Positions 26,604 through 35,224 of a stretch of 64,000 nt of DNA are shown piece after piece. The translations under genes and the position numbers were made by a program. Below the pieces are notes generated by a model. The model was not told the DNA's origin. It ran no database searches and worked only from the letters and a program-made list of their open reading frames with translations. Positions within the stretch are counted from its first letter, which is position 1. Each line of letters starts with the position of its first letter. The stretch lies in the IMG/VR virus record IMGVR_UViG_2788500287_000116; one strand, 5' to 3'. The stretch is from an uncultured virus (IMG/VR IMGVR_UViG_2788500287_000116). Its lineage: Duplodnaviria > Heunggongvirae > Uroviricota > Caudoviricetes.

Positions 26604-26768
26604 ATGGCAAGAAAAAAGAAAAAGAAAAAAGGAAATAAAATTTGCGCAGCTGGTATAGCTTGGGCAAAAAGAACATTTGACACATATCCGTCCGCGTATG
26701 CGAATATGGCAGCTAGTAAATATTGTAAAGACCCTAATTACGCTAAGGGTAGCAAAAAAAAGAAGTAA
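26604..26768 (+). CDS. Small basic protein with PSAYAN motif (54 aa)
   Basis: MARKKKKKKGNKICAAGIAWAKRTFDTYPSAYANMAASKYCKDPNY... Confidence 0.7.
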   Translation: MARKKKKKKGNKICAAGIAWAKRTFDTYPSAYANMAASKYCKDPNYAKGSKKKK

Positions 26769-26770
26769 TC

Positions 26771-26851
26771 ATGGTATATCATTCAAAACCAAAGAAAAAG
26801 AAAGTAGCAAAAAAGAAAAAGAAAAAATCTAAAAAGAAAAAAGCATACTAA
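26771..26851 (+). CDS. Tiny poly-Lys peptide (26 aa)
   Basis: MVYHSKPKKKKVAKKKKKKSKKKKAY; TAATG-coupled to the next ORF. Confidence 0.55.
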   Translation: MVYHSKPKKKKVAKKKKKKSKKKKAY

Positions 26852-27000
26852 TGAAAGTAAAAGCACCAAAAGGTTATCATTGGATGAAGATGGGAAAAGG
26901 AATGCCTGTTCTCATGAAAAACCCTCCAGGGGGATACAAAGCTCATAAAGGGGCTAGTCAATCGTTCAATTTTGCCATACATAAAACACATAAGAAATGA
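26851..27000 (+). CDS. Small basic protein (49 aa)
   Basis: MKVKAPKGYHWMK...; coupled to ORFs at both ends. Confidence 0.65.
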   Translation: MKVKAPKGYHWMKMGKGMPVLMKNPPGGYKAHKGASQSFNFAIHKTHKK

Positions 27001-27110
27001 AACTATCAAAAAAGCAATTAGCTATAGCAAGATTAGCACCTCCTAGAAATAAAATTACAGGAGCAGATTTTGCTGTGCTAAAGAAAATGAAAAAGAAAAA
27101 GAAAAAGTAA
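26997..27110 (+). CDS. Small basic protein (37 aa)
   Basis: MKLSKKQLAIARLAPPRNKITGADFAVLKKMKKKKKK. Confidence 0.65.
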   Translation: MKLSKKQLAIARLAPPRNKITGADFAVLKKMKKKKKK

Positions 27111-27364
27111 TGGGAGAGCTGAAGAANTGGAGAGAAGAAAAATGGGTTCGCATTGGAACTGATGGCTCTATCAAAGGAGCATGCGGTACAAGTAAAAACA
27201 AGAAAAACCCAGACAGATGCTTGCCTTACAAAAAGGCTATATCCATGACAAAGGCAGAAAGAGCTAAAACAGCTCGTAAAAAGAAAAGAGCTGGAGCAAA
27301 AGGAAAAACTGTTGTTGCTAATACAAAAGCAGGAAAAGTAACAAAAAAATATACAAAAAGATAA
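27110..27364 (+). CDS. Small basic protein (WxxEKWVRI...CG...CLP; DUF5872-like)
   Basis: 84-aa ORF. Confidence 0.65.
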   Translation: MGELKXWREEKWVRIGTDGSIKGACGTSKNKKNPDRCLPYKKAISMTKAERAKTARKKKRAGAKGKTVVANTKAGKVTKKYTKR

Positions 27365-27366
27365 CT

Positions 27367-27636
27367 ATGGCAAAAATAAGTACATATACAAGCGATGGGA
27401 CTATCGAAGCTGCAGACAAGTTGATTGGCACAGATGGTTCTTCTGGTGTGGATTCTGGAAAGACTAAAAACTATTCAGTGGCCGCCCTTACAACATATAT
27501 AGCGTCTAACCTAGCAAATCCAGTTAAAATATCAGGTGTTGTCGATGCAGCAGATGATACTGCAGCAGCAAGTGCTGGAGTACCAGTTAATGGTATTTAT
27601 AGAACAGGAAGTGCACTAAAAATAAGAGTATCATGA
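27367..27636 (+). CDS. Short virion fibre/appendage protein
   Basis: Shares the N-terminal MAxISTY...DKxIGTD...TxNY module with 32474. C-terminus DDTAAASAGVPVNGIYR. Confidence 0.6.
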   Translation: MAKISTYTSDGTIEAADKLIGTDGSSGVDSGKTKNYSVAALTTYIASNLANPVKISGVVDAADDTAAASAGVPVNGIYRTGSALKIRVS

Positions 27637-27911
27637 GTTTAACATTCGGAAGAAAAGGAAAAAATACAGTACCAGGGGTTTCCTCTAAAATGCTTAATGA
27701 GGCATTTAACGTGAAGCCATCAGACAGTTTATTGATTGCACCAAATTTAAGTGAGTTAAAGCTTAATATAACAGATGCTACAAGAAAAACAGGAGAAGAT
27801 ATTTTCGATTACCCAATAAAAAATACAATACTGCAACAGACAAACAAACAAGGGGAAAGTTTAATGGGTAGTTTCAAATATACTATTGTTCCAAAAGAAG
27901 ACATAAAATAG
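27633..27911 (+). CDS. Hypothetical protein
   Basis: 92-aa coupled ORF. Confidence 0.55.
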   Translation: MSLTFGRKGKNTVPGVSSKMLNEAFNVKPSDSLLIAPNLSELKLNITDATRKTGEDIFDYPIKNTILQQTNKQGESLMGSFKYTIVPKEDIK

Positions 27912-27919
27912 AAAAAGTA

Positions 27920-28210
27920 ATGGCAGACAAGGCTAAAATGAAATGTAACGTTGTTCGAGCTAGTGATAGAGCTGGTAAGAAAAAGATGGTTAAAGCCTGC
28001 GCAAATGGTAAAGAAAAAATCATACACTTTGGCGCAAAAGGTTATGGGCACAACTATTCTGCAGCGGCTAGAAAATCATTTAAAGCTAGACACAAATGTT
28101 CCACTGCTACCAACAAATTAACAGCAAGATATTGGGCTTGTAAAAAACTTTGGGCAGGAAAAGGTGGTTCCACTAAGTCTTCTCCAAAGAGTAGAAGGGG
28201 TAAATATTGA
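27920..28210 (+). CDS. Small basic protein (IHFGAKG...RKSFKARH...ARYW)
   Basis: 96-aa ORF with a recurring phage motif. Confidence 0.65.
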   Translation: MADKAKMKCNVVRASDRAGKKKMVKACANGKEKIIHFGAKGYGHNYSAAARKSFKARHKCSTATNKLTARYWACKKLWAGKGGSTKSSPKSRRGKY

Positions 28211-28224
28211 TGCGTATTTTTTCT

Positions 28225-28232
28225 TAAATTTG
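28225..28232 (+). promoter_or_regulatory. -7 promoter box TAAATTTG (near-leaderless ATG)
   Basis: TAnnTTTG 4 nt before the ATG at 28237. Confidence 0.55.
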
Positions 28233-28236
28233 TAAA

Positions 28237-28389
28237 ATGCAAAGCAGAGGATTAGGAGATACTATAGAAAAAGTTACAAAAGCGACAGGAGTTAAAAAAG
28301 TTGTTGAAACTATTTCAAAAAAAATGGGGAAGCCATGCGGTTGTAGCGAGCGTAGAGATTCTTTAAATAGAATGTTTCCTTACAAATAA
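28237..28389 (+). CDS. Small protein with GLGD...CGC motif (50 aa)
   Basis: MQSRGLGDTIEKVTKATGVKK...PCGCSERRDSLN. Confidence 0.7.
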   Translation: MQSRGLGDTIEKVTKATGVKKVVETISKKMGKPCGCSERRDSLNRMFPYK

Positions 28390-28398
28390 AAGGAAGCT

Positions 28399-28644
28399 AT
28401 GTTAGGAAGAACGGCAAGATATTACAGAGAGAATCCTGAAGCAAGGAAAAAGCACAGAAAGACAAGTGCTAAAGCACAGAAGAAAAAAGAAGCTGTGCGA
28501 AAGAGAGTTGAATGTAATCGATTTAATAGAAAAAGTAAAAAGTCTCGTAAAGGAGATAAAATGGATTGTTCCCACCGAGGAAGTAGATTGGTTTTAGAAA
28601 GACAAAAAACCAACAGAGCCAGAGGGGGAGGTAAAAAGAAATAA
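28399..28644 (+). CDS. Small basic protein, degenerate HNH-like
   Basis: GDKMDCSH...NRAR. Confidence 0.5.
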   Translation: MLGRTARYYRENPEARKKHRKTSAKAQKKKEAVRKRVECNRFNRKSKKSRKGDKMDCSHRGSRLVLERQKTNRARGGGKKK

Positions 28645-28645
28645 T

Positions 28646-28936
28646 ATGGCATTTGATTATAACAAAATAAGTTTTAAAAATTCACTAATTGATAAACTAG
28701 GCGTTTCCAAATCAACGGACACAACGTCTACTGACCCACCAAAATTTAAAAACTATCACAACTTACCAAGCATACCTTTGAAAGAAGAAGAATTTAAAAC
28801 ATTTATAGATACTACATCACAAGAAAATTATAACAAGATTCCATTCATGTTTCAATTAGGCGACACACTAAGACCAAAAAATGAAAGAATTGAGGAGTTT
28901 AAGAAAAGATACAATATTAATAAAAAGAAAAAGTAA
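28646..28936 (+). CDS. Hypothetical protein
   Basis: 96-aa ORF. Confidence 0.55.
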   Translation: MAFDYNKISFKNSLIDKLGVSKSTDTTSTDPPKFKNYHNLPSIPLKEEEFKTFIDTTSQENYNKIPFMFQLGDTLRPKNERIEEFKKRYNINKKKK

Positions 28937-29241
28937 TGGCAACAAAGATTTCAGAAGACACTAATGTGCAGCTAGACCTTAAAACAATAGGAATGATAAT
29001 AGGTGGTGCAGTTATGTTAGCTGGAACATATTTCACACTTCAAGCACAAATACAAGAAGCAAAAGAGTTACCTGCGCCAGAGGTAAGCCAAATAGAATTT
29101 CAATATAAAGATGAATTAGTTAGAAGTACAGTCGAAAAAATAGAGTTAGATGTAAACTCTGTTAAAGAAGATGTAAAGGAGATGAANGATAAACTAGACA
29201 AAATTGATGAAAGGCTTTATGATATAAGCAAAAAAAGATGA
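28936..29241 (+). CDS. Membrane-anchored coiled-coil protein
   Basis: One TM helix (IGMIIGGAVMLAGTYF) followed by a heptad-rich region. Confidence 0.6.
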   Translation: MATKISEDTNVQLDLKTIGMIIGGAVMLAGTYFTLQAQIQEAKELPAPEVSQIEFQYKDELVRSTVEKIELDVNSVKEDVKEMXDKLDKIDERLYDISKKR

Positions 29242-29582
29242 GGTCTTTAGTTAATATTATAGTTTTTTTATTTATATCAAATTCATTATTTAGTCAAAGT
29301 TGGAAAGACGATATATCAGTCGTACAATTTAGTGCACCATTTACAAAAGCAAACGAAATATCATTAAAGGTTTTTGATGATTGTTATACTTATAGATTTG
29401 ATATAACAAAAGATAAAAAAATCTTTGATGAAGAAAATATTAAATACTTACCTACCATCGTTTTATATCATGACGGTGAAGAAATATATAGGATAGAATC
29501 TGGAATATCCCTAAAACTTCCAGACGACACAGAAGAAGCTATTAATAGCAGAATTCAAGAAATAATAGAAAGTAAATTTTAA
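29238..29582 (+). CDS. Exported thioredoxin-fold protein lacking CxxC
   Basis: Signal peptide ending SLFS-Q; VVQFSAPF; IKYLPTIVLYHDGEEIYR. Confidence 0.65.
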   Translation: MRSLVNIIVFLFISNSLFSQSWKDDISVVQFSAPFTKANEISLKVFDDCYTYRFDITKDKKIFDEENIKYLPTIVLYHDGEEIYRIESGISLKLPDDTEEAINSRIQEIIESKF

Positions 29583-29585
29583 AAC

Positions 29586-30830
29586 ATGAAAAAATTATTA
29601 TTAATTATCATATTGTTTTTATCGCATTCTGTTTTTGCTCAAGTAGTTGTGCAAGAAAAAGTAAAAAAGGTAAGACAAAAAAATAGTATTTTTAAAGCAA
29701 TATATAATGAAGTTTTCAAATATGGAACTTTATATGTTGCAGGTGACGCNAGGTCTTCTAATGTACCTGAAAGATTAGATTATTTTATCAGAACAAATCC
29801 TGACGATTTATACGACGTACCACAGGTGATAGATGAAACTATATATCATCCTTTTGACTACAGATATGGATTTGGTTTTAGAAAACTAGCAAGATTTGGN
29901 TATGANATGAAAGCTAANCATTATTATGATGGCTTAGAAAACAACAAAAGTTTATCTGCCCCTACTGCTGCAGTGAAAGGGTTTGAATATTTGTTGCATT
30001 GGGAGAAAGAAAGAGAAAGAGGTTTTGTGTTTACTAACTCTAGATATTTTATTAGGCACACAGGTAATTATCATATTATAAAGCTAGAGCAACGAGAAAG
30101 GGGAAACTTAGATTTCAAATATCAATCAGCAGAGGCAAGNTTAAGATTACCTATTGGTAAAAAGTTTAGTATATCNGCTGGTGCTATCTTTCGTACTCAT
30201 GAGCGCGCCTATGGGTATAATCCAATTGAAATATGGCTTAATGAAAGTGAAACGTGGACAAATCCACAAACAGGAGAAATCATAGAATATCCAGCAAACC
30301 CATGGTATAGCCTGGGTTATGAGTATGGGTATACAGATGAACCAACAACTTTTACTAACGAAGCAACAGGCGAGGAGTTTTTTGATTGGATATGGAGAGA
30401 CCCAGACGGTAATATAGTTGCATACGGTGACAGAGATTTTAGAGATAGAATTTTTGGAGACCTAATGAATAGATATAATGATGAAATCTTTGACCAGCTT
30501 GACGGTTACGGTGAAGTTGCTCCTATAGTTGGATTTGATTTTTATCATTACAAAAGAAAATTCTGGTTACACGCGTACGGTAGTTGGATTTTACCACACC
30601 ATAAATACGTGATGGGCGACGAGGATTTTAGTTATTTAAATAGAAATAATTGGGGATTAGGTGGATTAAGACAAGACTCTAGTCCAGAACAATGGTCTGA
30701 TTACCAAGGCGGTATCATATTTGGATGGAAGATATCAAAAAATTTAGGATTCTTTTTTGAAGGAGAGTATACTAAGTTTTGGGATTCAGAGCTATTTATG
30801 TCCTCAGCAGGAATTAATATAAGATTATAA
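29586..30830 (+). CDS. Predicted outer-membrane beta-barrel protein
   Basis: Signal peptide VFA-Q; many alternating aromatic/hydrophobic strands; terminal strand SAGINIRL. Confidence 0.6.
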   Translation: MKKLLLIIILFLSHSVFAQVVVQEKVKKVRQKNSIFKAIYNEVFKYGTLYVAGDXRSSNVPERLDYFIRTNPDDLYDVPQVIDETIYHPFDYRYGFGFRKLARFXYXMKAXHYYDGLENNKSLSAPTAAVKGFEYLLHWEKERERGFVFTNSRYFIRHTGNYHIIKLEQRERGNLDFKYQSAEAXLRLPIGKKFSIXAGAIFRTHERAYGYNPIEIWLNESETWTNPQTGEIIEYPANPWYSLGYEYGYTDEPTTFTNEATGEEFFDWIWRDPDGNIVAYGDRDFRDRIFGDLMNRYNDEIFDQLDGYGEVAPIVGFDFYHYKRKFWLHAYGSWILPHHKYVMGDEDFSYLNRNNWGLGGLRQDSSPEQWSDYQGGIIFGWKISKNLGFFFEGEYTKFWDSELFMSSAGINIRL

Positions 30831-30832
30831 TT

Positions 30833-31069
30833 ATGTGGAAATTGACAAAACAATATTGGAAAGATGTATGGACTCTTTTATGGAGTAAAACAACAGTTGA
30901 TGAAAAAGCTGTTGCAACTGTAAAAGAAATCAAAAGAAGATATAAGCTNACAGCACAAGAATTAGCAGATGTTGCTGTTGCTATCAAAGAGGTAGGAAAC
31001 CAAATTGGTGATATTGATGATGCTGTAAAAGGCAGAAAAAGAAAAGGAAGAAAGTCTTCCAGTAAATAA
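30833..31069 (+). CDS. Hypothetical amphipathic/coiled-coil protein
   Basis: 78-aa ORF. Confidence 0.6.
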   Translation: MWKLTKQYWKDVWTLLWSKTTVDEKAVATVKEIKRRYKXTAQELADVAVAIKEVGNQIGDIDDAVKGRKRKGRKSSSK

Positions 31070-31072
31070 AAT

Positions 31073-31396
31073 GTGAAAAAAGTATGTGTAGTTTTAACTG
31101 TCCTATTTGTGGCGGTTCTTGTGGGTTGTGCTAGTTCACAAACTATTGGAACCGATAAGTATTATCATTTTGCAGCAGGGGCAACAAGTGCGTCTGTAGC
31201 AAATGAAATAAATTTTCCTGAAGTAACTTCTGCTTTTGTAGCAGGATTTGCTAAAGAAACTTATGACTATATTAAGTATGGAAAATTTGATACTAGGGAC
31301 TTGATTGCTACTACACTAGGAGGAGTGGTGATAAAATGTATAATTAAATTAAAAAAAATTATAGATGGAAAAGATATCAAAAAACATATCGTATAA
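31073..31396 (+). CDS. Lipoprotein, YfiM/VanZ-like (DK..H...KE..D...D)
   Basis: Lipobox LVGC; motifs DKYYHFAAG, KETYD and DLIATTLG. Confidence 0.6.
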   Translation: MKKVCVVLTVLFVAVLVGCASSQTIGTDKYYHFAAGATSASVANEINFPEVTSAFVAGFAKETYDYIKYGKFDTRDLIATTLGGVVIKCIIKLKKIIDGKDIKKHIV

Positions 31397-31838
31397 CGAA
31401 GCTGTGCATTCAAACACAGCAAAAAGAAAAGGATTAGACAATACTCCAAATGATAAACAGATAGCGGCTATGATGACTGTTGCAGAAATGGTTTTTCAAC
31501 CGTTAAGAGAGTGGGCTGCAGGGCCTATAAAAATAAATAGTTTTTTCAGGTCAGAAGCTGTAAATCGAGCAGTTGGAGGAACTGGCAAGTCACAACACTG
31601 CAAGGGTCAAGCAATTGACCTGGATGATGTATTCGGATACAAAACAAATGCAGAAATGTTTGGTTACATAAGAGAAAACTTAGATTTTGACCAACTAATA
31701 TGGGAGTTTGGAACAGAGTATCCAAGAGGTAATCCAGCATGGATACACGTAAGCTATGTAAGTAAGGATAAGAATAGGAATAGATGTTTGAAGGCTTACA
31801 AAGATAAAAATGGGAAAACAAAATATATGGTGATATGA
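31365..31838 (+). CDS. Peptidase M15 endolysin
   Basis: Motifs SFFRS, SQHCKGQAIDL, DQLIWEF and WIHVSY. Confidence 0.9.
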   Translation: MEKISKNISYNEAVHSNTAKRKGLDNTPNDKQIAAMMTVAEMVFQPLREWAAGPIKINSFFRSEAVNRAVGGTGKSQHCKGQAIDLDDVFGYKTNAEMFGYIRENLDFDQLIWEFGTEYPRGNPAWIHVSYVSKDKNRNRCLKAYKDKNGKTKYMVI

Positions 31839-32296
31839 GNGAAAAAAAGAAGTTTAAAGACACAACTGTAGGCAAACTTTTATTAGGAGCTGCAGGAATG
31901 ATAAACCCAACACTTGGTAGTGTTTTAGAAGGAGTTACTAGTCCGAAAGAAGCTATAGCAGCTATCTCTAAAGCCGATGTATCTACAGAGGATAAAATAA
32001 AACTACAGCAACTTATATATGACCAGCAAAACAAAGAAATTGAAGCCATAACAAACAGGTGGCAAGCAGACGCTAATAGCGATTCATGGCTTAGTAAAAA
32101 CGTAAGGCCACTTGTTTTAGTATGGTGTATTACGATATTTTCATTAGCTGGTATTTTAGATAGTGTTGAGTCAATACCTTTTAATATAGGGGTAACATGG
32201 AACGATACTTTTGAGAAGGTCATGATGGCCGTCGTTCTAGCCTACTTCGGAGGGCGTACAACTGAAAAGGCAACTAGCTTAATAAAAAAGAAGTAA
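31835..32296 (+). CDS. Holin (3TM/GTA-type)
   Basis: RWQAD...SWLSKNVRP, two TM helices, AYFGGR; adjacent to the endolysin. Confidence 0.75.
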   Translation: MXEKKKFKDTTVGKLLLGAAGMINPTLGSVLEGVTSPKEAIAAISKADVSTEDKIKLQQLIYDQQNKEIEAITNRWQADANSDSWLSKNVRPLVLVWCITIFSLAGILDSVESIPFNIGVTWNDTFEKVMMAVVLAYFGGRTTEKATSLIKKK

Positions 32297-32430
32297 TGCC
32301 AAAGATTATCTATAAACCATACGTAAGGGCAAACAGAAAAAAAAGACCTGGCGTTCATGCAAAAACTAAAACTTCTAAAGTAAAGTCGTCAGTAAATTAT
32401 CTTAAGAGTTATAGAGGTCAAGGCAGATAA
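32296..32430 (+). CDS. Small basic protein ending YRGQGR (44 aa)
   Basis: TAATG-coupled to the holin. Confidence 0.65.
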   Translation: MPKIIYKPYVRANRKKRPGVHAKTKTSKVKSSVNYLKSYRGQGR

Positions 32431-32448
32431 ACATTTTATTAAAAATAT

Positions 32449-32456
32449 TATCTTTG
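32449..32456 (+). promoter_or_regulatory. -7 promoter box TATCTTTG
   Basis: Upstream of the tail-fibre cluster. Confidence 0.6.
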
Positions 32457-32473
32457 CAATATAATAAAACTAC

Positions 32474-33181
32474 ATGGCTCGAATTAGTACATATGCGTTA
32501 GATTCTGATGTAACTGCGAATGACAAAGTTATTGGTACGGATTCAGCAGGCACGATAACTAGAAACTATAAAATATCAGATATAATAGATTTTTTAAATA
32601 GAAATGGAAAAATAGATATTGCAGGTTCAAGATTCAAATATATAAGACCATCATCCAGTCAAACATATGGTTTTTTAAGATTTACTGTAGACCAAGGAGA
32701 CACTCCAAAATTTTCTATTATCAACAATCTACAGTTACATAAACAAGATTTATCAGAAACCGAATTACCAGCTTTTTACGAAGCTATAGAAGGAAGTCTC
32801 GTTTTAATACAGAAATCAGATGACCCTTCTCAGTTTGGTGTTTTTGACTGGAATAGTTCAACACAAAACTCAAGCGATACAAATGTATACGATATTGCAC
32901 TTACTTTTAAAGGTGGCAATGGTACCTTAGAAAACGAAAAAGATTATTTAATATCTTTGTTGTTGTTTAGATTTGATGACTACAGAGATAAAAACAAAGT
33001 TATAAATCAAGCAACACCAGCTACAACTTGGAGCATGAATCATGGTCTGAATAAAAAACCTAGTGTAACCGTTGTGGATAGTAGCGGTGAAAAGGTTGTA
33101 GGATTAGTAGATTATGTAGATTTAAACAACGTAACTATAACATTTATAAACCCAGCATCAGGTGATGCTTATTTTAACTAA
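32474..33181 (+). CDS. Tail fibre adaptor / structural protein
   Basis: MARISTY N-terminal module; C-terminal WSMNHGLNKKPSVTVVD domain. Confidence 0.65.
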   Translation: MARISTYALDSDVTANDKVIGTDSAGTITRNYKISDIIDFLNRNGKIDIAGSRFKYIRPSSSQTYGFLRFTVDQGDTPKFSIINNLQLHKQDLSETELPAFYEAIEGSLVLIQKSDDPSQFGVFDWNSSTQNSSDTNVYDIALTFKGGNGTLENEKDYLISLLLFRFDDYRDKNKVINQATPATTWSMNHGLNKKPSVTVVDSSGEKVVGLVDYVDLNNVTITFINPASGDAYFN

Positions 33182-33195
33182 AAAAAGAACATAAA

Positions 33196-35025
33196 ATGGC
33201 TATAAAATTTTTACACAATATATCTCTAGAAAACCTAGAATTAAAAAATGCAAAGCTCGACGTAGTATCTTCAGACCCAAATTTACAGGGAGGGGATTAT
33301 GAAGGTAGAGTGATATACAACTCTACAGACAATGCTATCAAGTATCACAACGGTGGTAGCTCAAATCAATGGGTAACTTTAAATGGTTCAGGTGATATTT
33401 CATCTGTAACGGTTCAGGCAGGAACAGGTTTAGAAGTTGAATCAGGTTCTGATTCAGCATCAAGTGGTGACTTTTCTGTAACTCTAGGGTTAGCAGACAT
33501 TTCTGGTGTTTCTGGGACTCATGGTTCCGCAACAGCTGTTCCAAGAATTACAGTAAACGCCCAAGGACAAATAACTGGAGTAACAACACAATCTATCTCA
33601 TCGTATTCAGGATGGAGTATTGAAGATGACGATGGTAATAATCAAGCTATTGCTTCAGGAAACACATTAACTGTTTCTCGAAGTGATGAAATAGAAGCAA
33701 CAGTTTCAGCAACAGACCAACTAACTATTGGCCACGCAGATGTTTCTAGAACTAATACAACAGGTTCAGCCTTAACACCTGGGTACGGAGGAAGTTTTAA
33801 TGTAATAACAGGAATAACTTCTAATGCTAGAGGTCACATTACTGGAGTAACTACTCAAAGCGTTTCATTACCAGCGTCTGACCAGGATGATACAACATAT
33901 GATTTAAGAGTAGAATCTGGAGGTGCTAATACAGCTGTTTTAAAATTAGACGCAAGTTCTGGTGATGACGACACTGTAACATTTACAGCAGGTTCAAGTG
34001 GTGCAGCACTTTCTATTTCAGAAACAACTACTGAAGGAAGTGAAGCAATCACTTTTGATTTAAAAAGTTCAATCAGTGGAGATAGAACATTTAGTGATAA
34101 TATAACGATTAGTGGTAACCTTACTGTAAACGGAACAACAACCACTGTAAACTCAAATACAGTTTCAGTTGGTGATAATATTATAGTATTAAATTCTGAT
34201 GAAACAGGCACACCTTCTCAAAATGCAGGTATAGAAGTAGAAAGAGGAACTTCAACTAATGTTTCGCTTCTTTTCGATGAGGGAACAGATAGATGGAAGT
34301 TTACTGGTGATGGCTCTACGTTCTACAATATCCCTATAACAGGAGAGTTTAATCCAACAAGCGGAACTAATAGTGATATTGATTTCGACGGTGCAGTAGT
34401 TTTAGAAACTATGGATTTCACTAATGGAGTTTGTACATCTTTTACATCAAGAACCTTAACTTTAGCTAATTTGGGGTATTCAGGTGCTGNAGACGCAGAT
34501 AATTATGGAGGATGGGTCTTAAAATTAGATGGAAGTGCTACTACAGGTGNAGCATCTGTAACAAGTGGTGAAAACGTAGAATTTTTAAGCACAACCAATG
34601 AGAATGGTGGGGTTACAATAACAAACCCAGGTTCCAACCAATTAGAATTTAACGTTGTCCAAGGGTCAACAACAAAAAGAGGAGCTCTAGAATTAGCAAC
34701 AAATACAGAGGCGACTACAGGTACAGACACNGTTAGAGCAGTTACTCCAGCTGGTGTTGCTGCTGCACTTGCTGCAACAGGATTTGCTGTAGATTTAGAC
34801 GCAAATGAGAGCGCTGTAACTAAGTCAAGTAATACTTATACAGTAACACATGGATTGGCCTCACAAGACTTAATTGTACAGGTTGTAGATATTTCAGCAG
34901 GTACTCCAACATTTGACACAGTTCATGTAGATATAACAAGACCAAATACAAGTACTATTAAAGTTGAGTTTGCAAGCTCTGTTACAGATGACGATTATAG
35001 AGTTCTTATTACTAAAGTAATGTAA
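33196..35025 (+). CDS. Tail fibre protein
   Basis: G/S/T-rich; motifs GNLTVNGTTTTVNS, GIEVERG and LELATNTEA. Confidence 0.75.
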   Translation: MAIKFLHNISLENLELKNAKLDVVSSDPNLQGGDYEGRVIYNSTDNAIKYHNGGSSNQWVTLNGSGDISSVTVQAGTGLEVESGSDSASSGDFSVTLGLADISGVSGTHGSATAVPRITVNAQGQITGVTTQSISSYSGWSIEDDDGNNQAIASGNTLTVSRSDEIEATVSATDQLTIGHADVSRTNTTGSALTPGYGGSFNVITGITSNARGHITGVTTQSVSLPASDQDDTTYDLRVESGGANTAVLKLDASSGDDDTVTFTAGSSGAALSISETTTEGSEAITFDLKSSISGDRTFSDNITISGNLTVNGTTTTVNSNTVSVGDNIIVLNSDETGTPSQNAGIEVERGTSTNVSLLFDEGTDRWKFTGDGSTFYNIPITGEFNPTSGTNSDIDFDGAVVLETMDFTNGVCTSFTSRTLTLANLGYSGAXDADNYGGWVLKLDGSATTGXASVTSGENVEFLSTTNENGGVTITNPGSNQLEFNVVQGSTTKRGALELATNTEATTGTDXVRAVTPAGVAAALAATGFAVDLDANESAVTKSSNTYTVTHGLASQDLIVQVVDISAGTPTFDTVHVDITRPNTSTIKVEFASSVTDDDYRVLITKVM

Positions 35026-35029
35026 TTAA

Positions 35030-35224
35030 ATGATAATTAGAGTAGAGTATAATAAAGAAGATACTACTTTAACGCTAACAAAAGATGATGATATAGTTGC
35101 TGTTATAAACGAAACAAATATTGTAGATAATAGCGAGAAACTATTATTCGAGATAGCGCTAGACGTATCACAATATCAAGAACAATATAACGAGTTAATA
35201 GTAGATGGCGACAATAACGAGTAA
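35030..35224 (+). CDS. Small acidic hypothetical protein
   Basis: 64-aa ORF between fibre genes. Confidence 0.5.
   Translation: MIIRVEYNKEDTTLTLTKDDDIVAVINETNIVDNSEKLLFEIALDVSQYQEQYNELIVDGDNNE

Noticed and set aside
31546..32223. 225-aa minus-strand ORF
   Set aside because: Antisense to the endolysin and holin, with no motifs. The same applies to the many short antisense ORFs inside structural genes.
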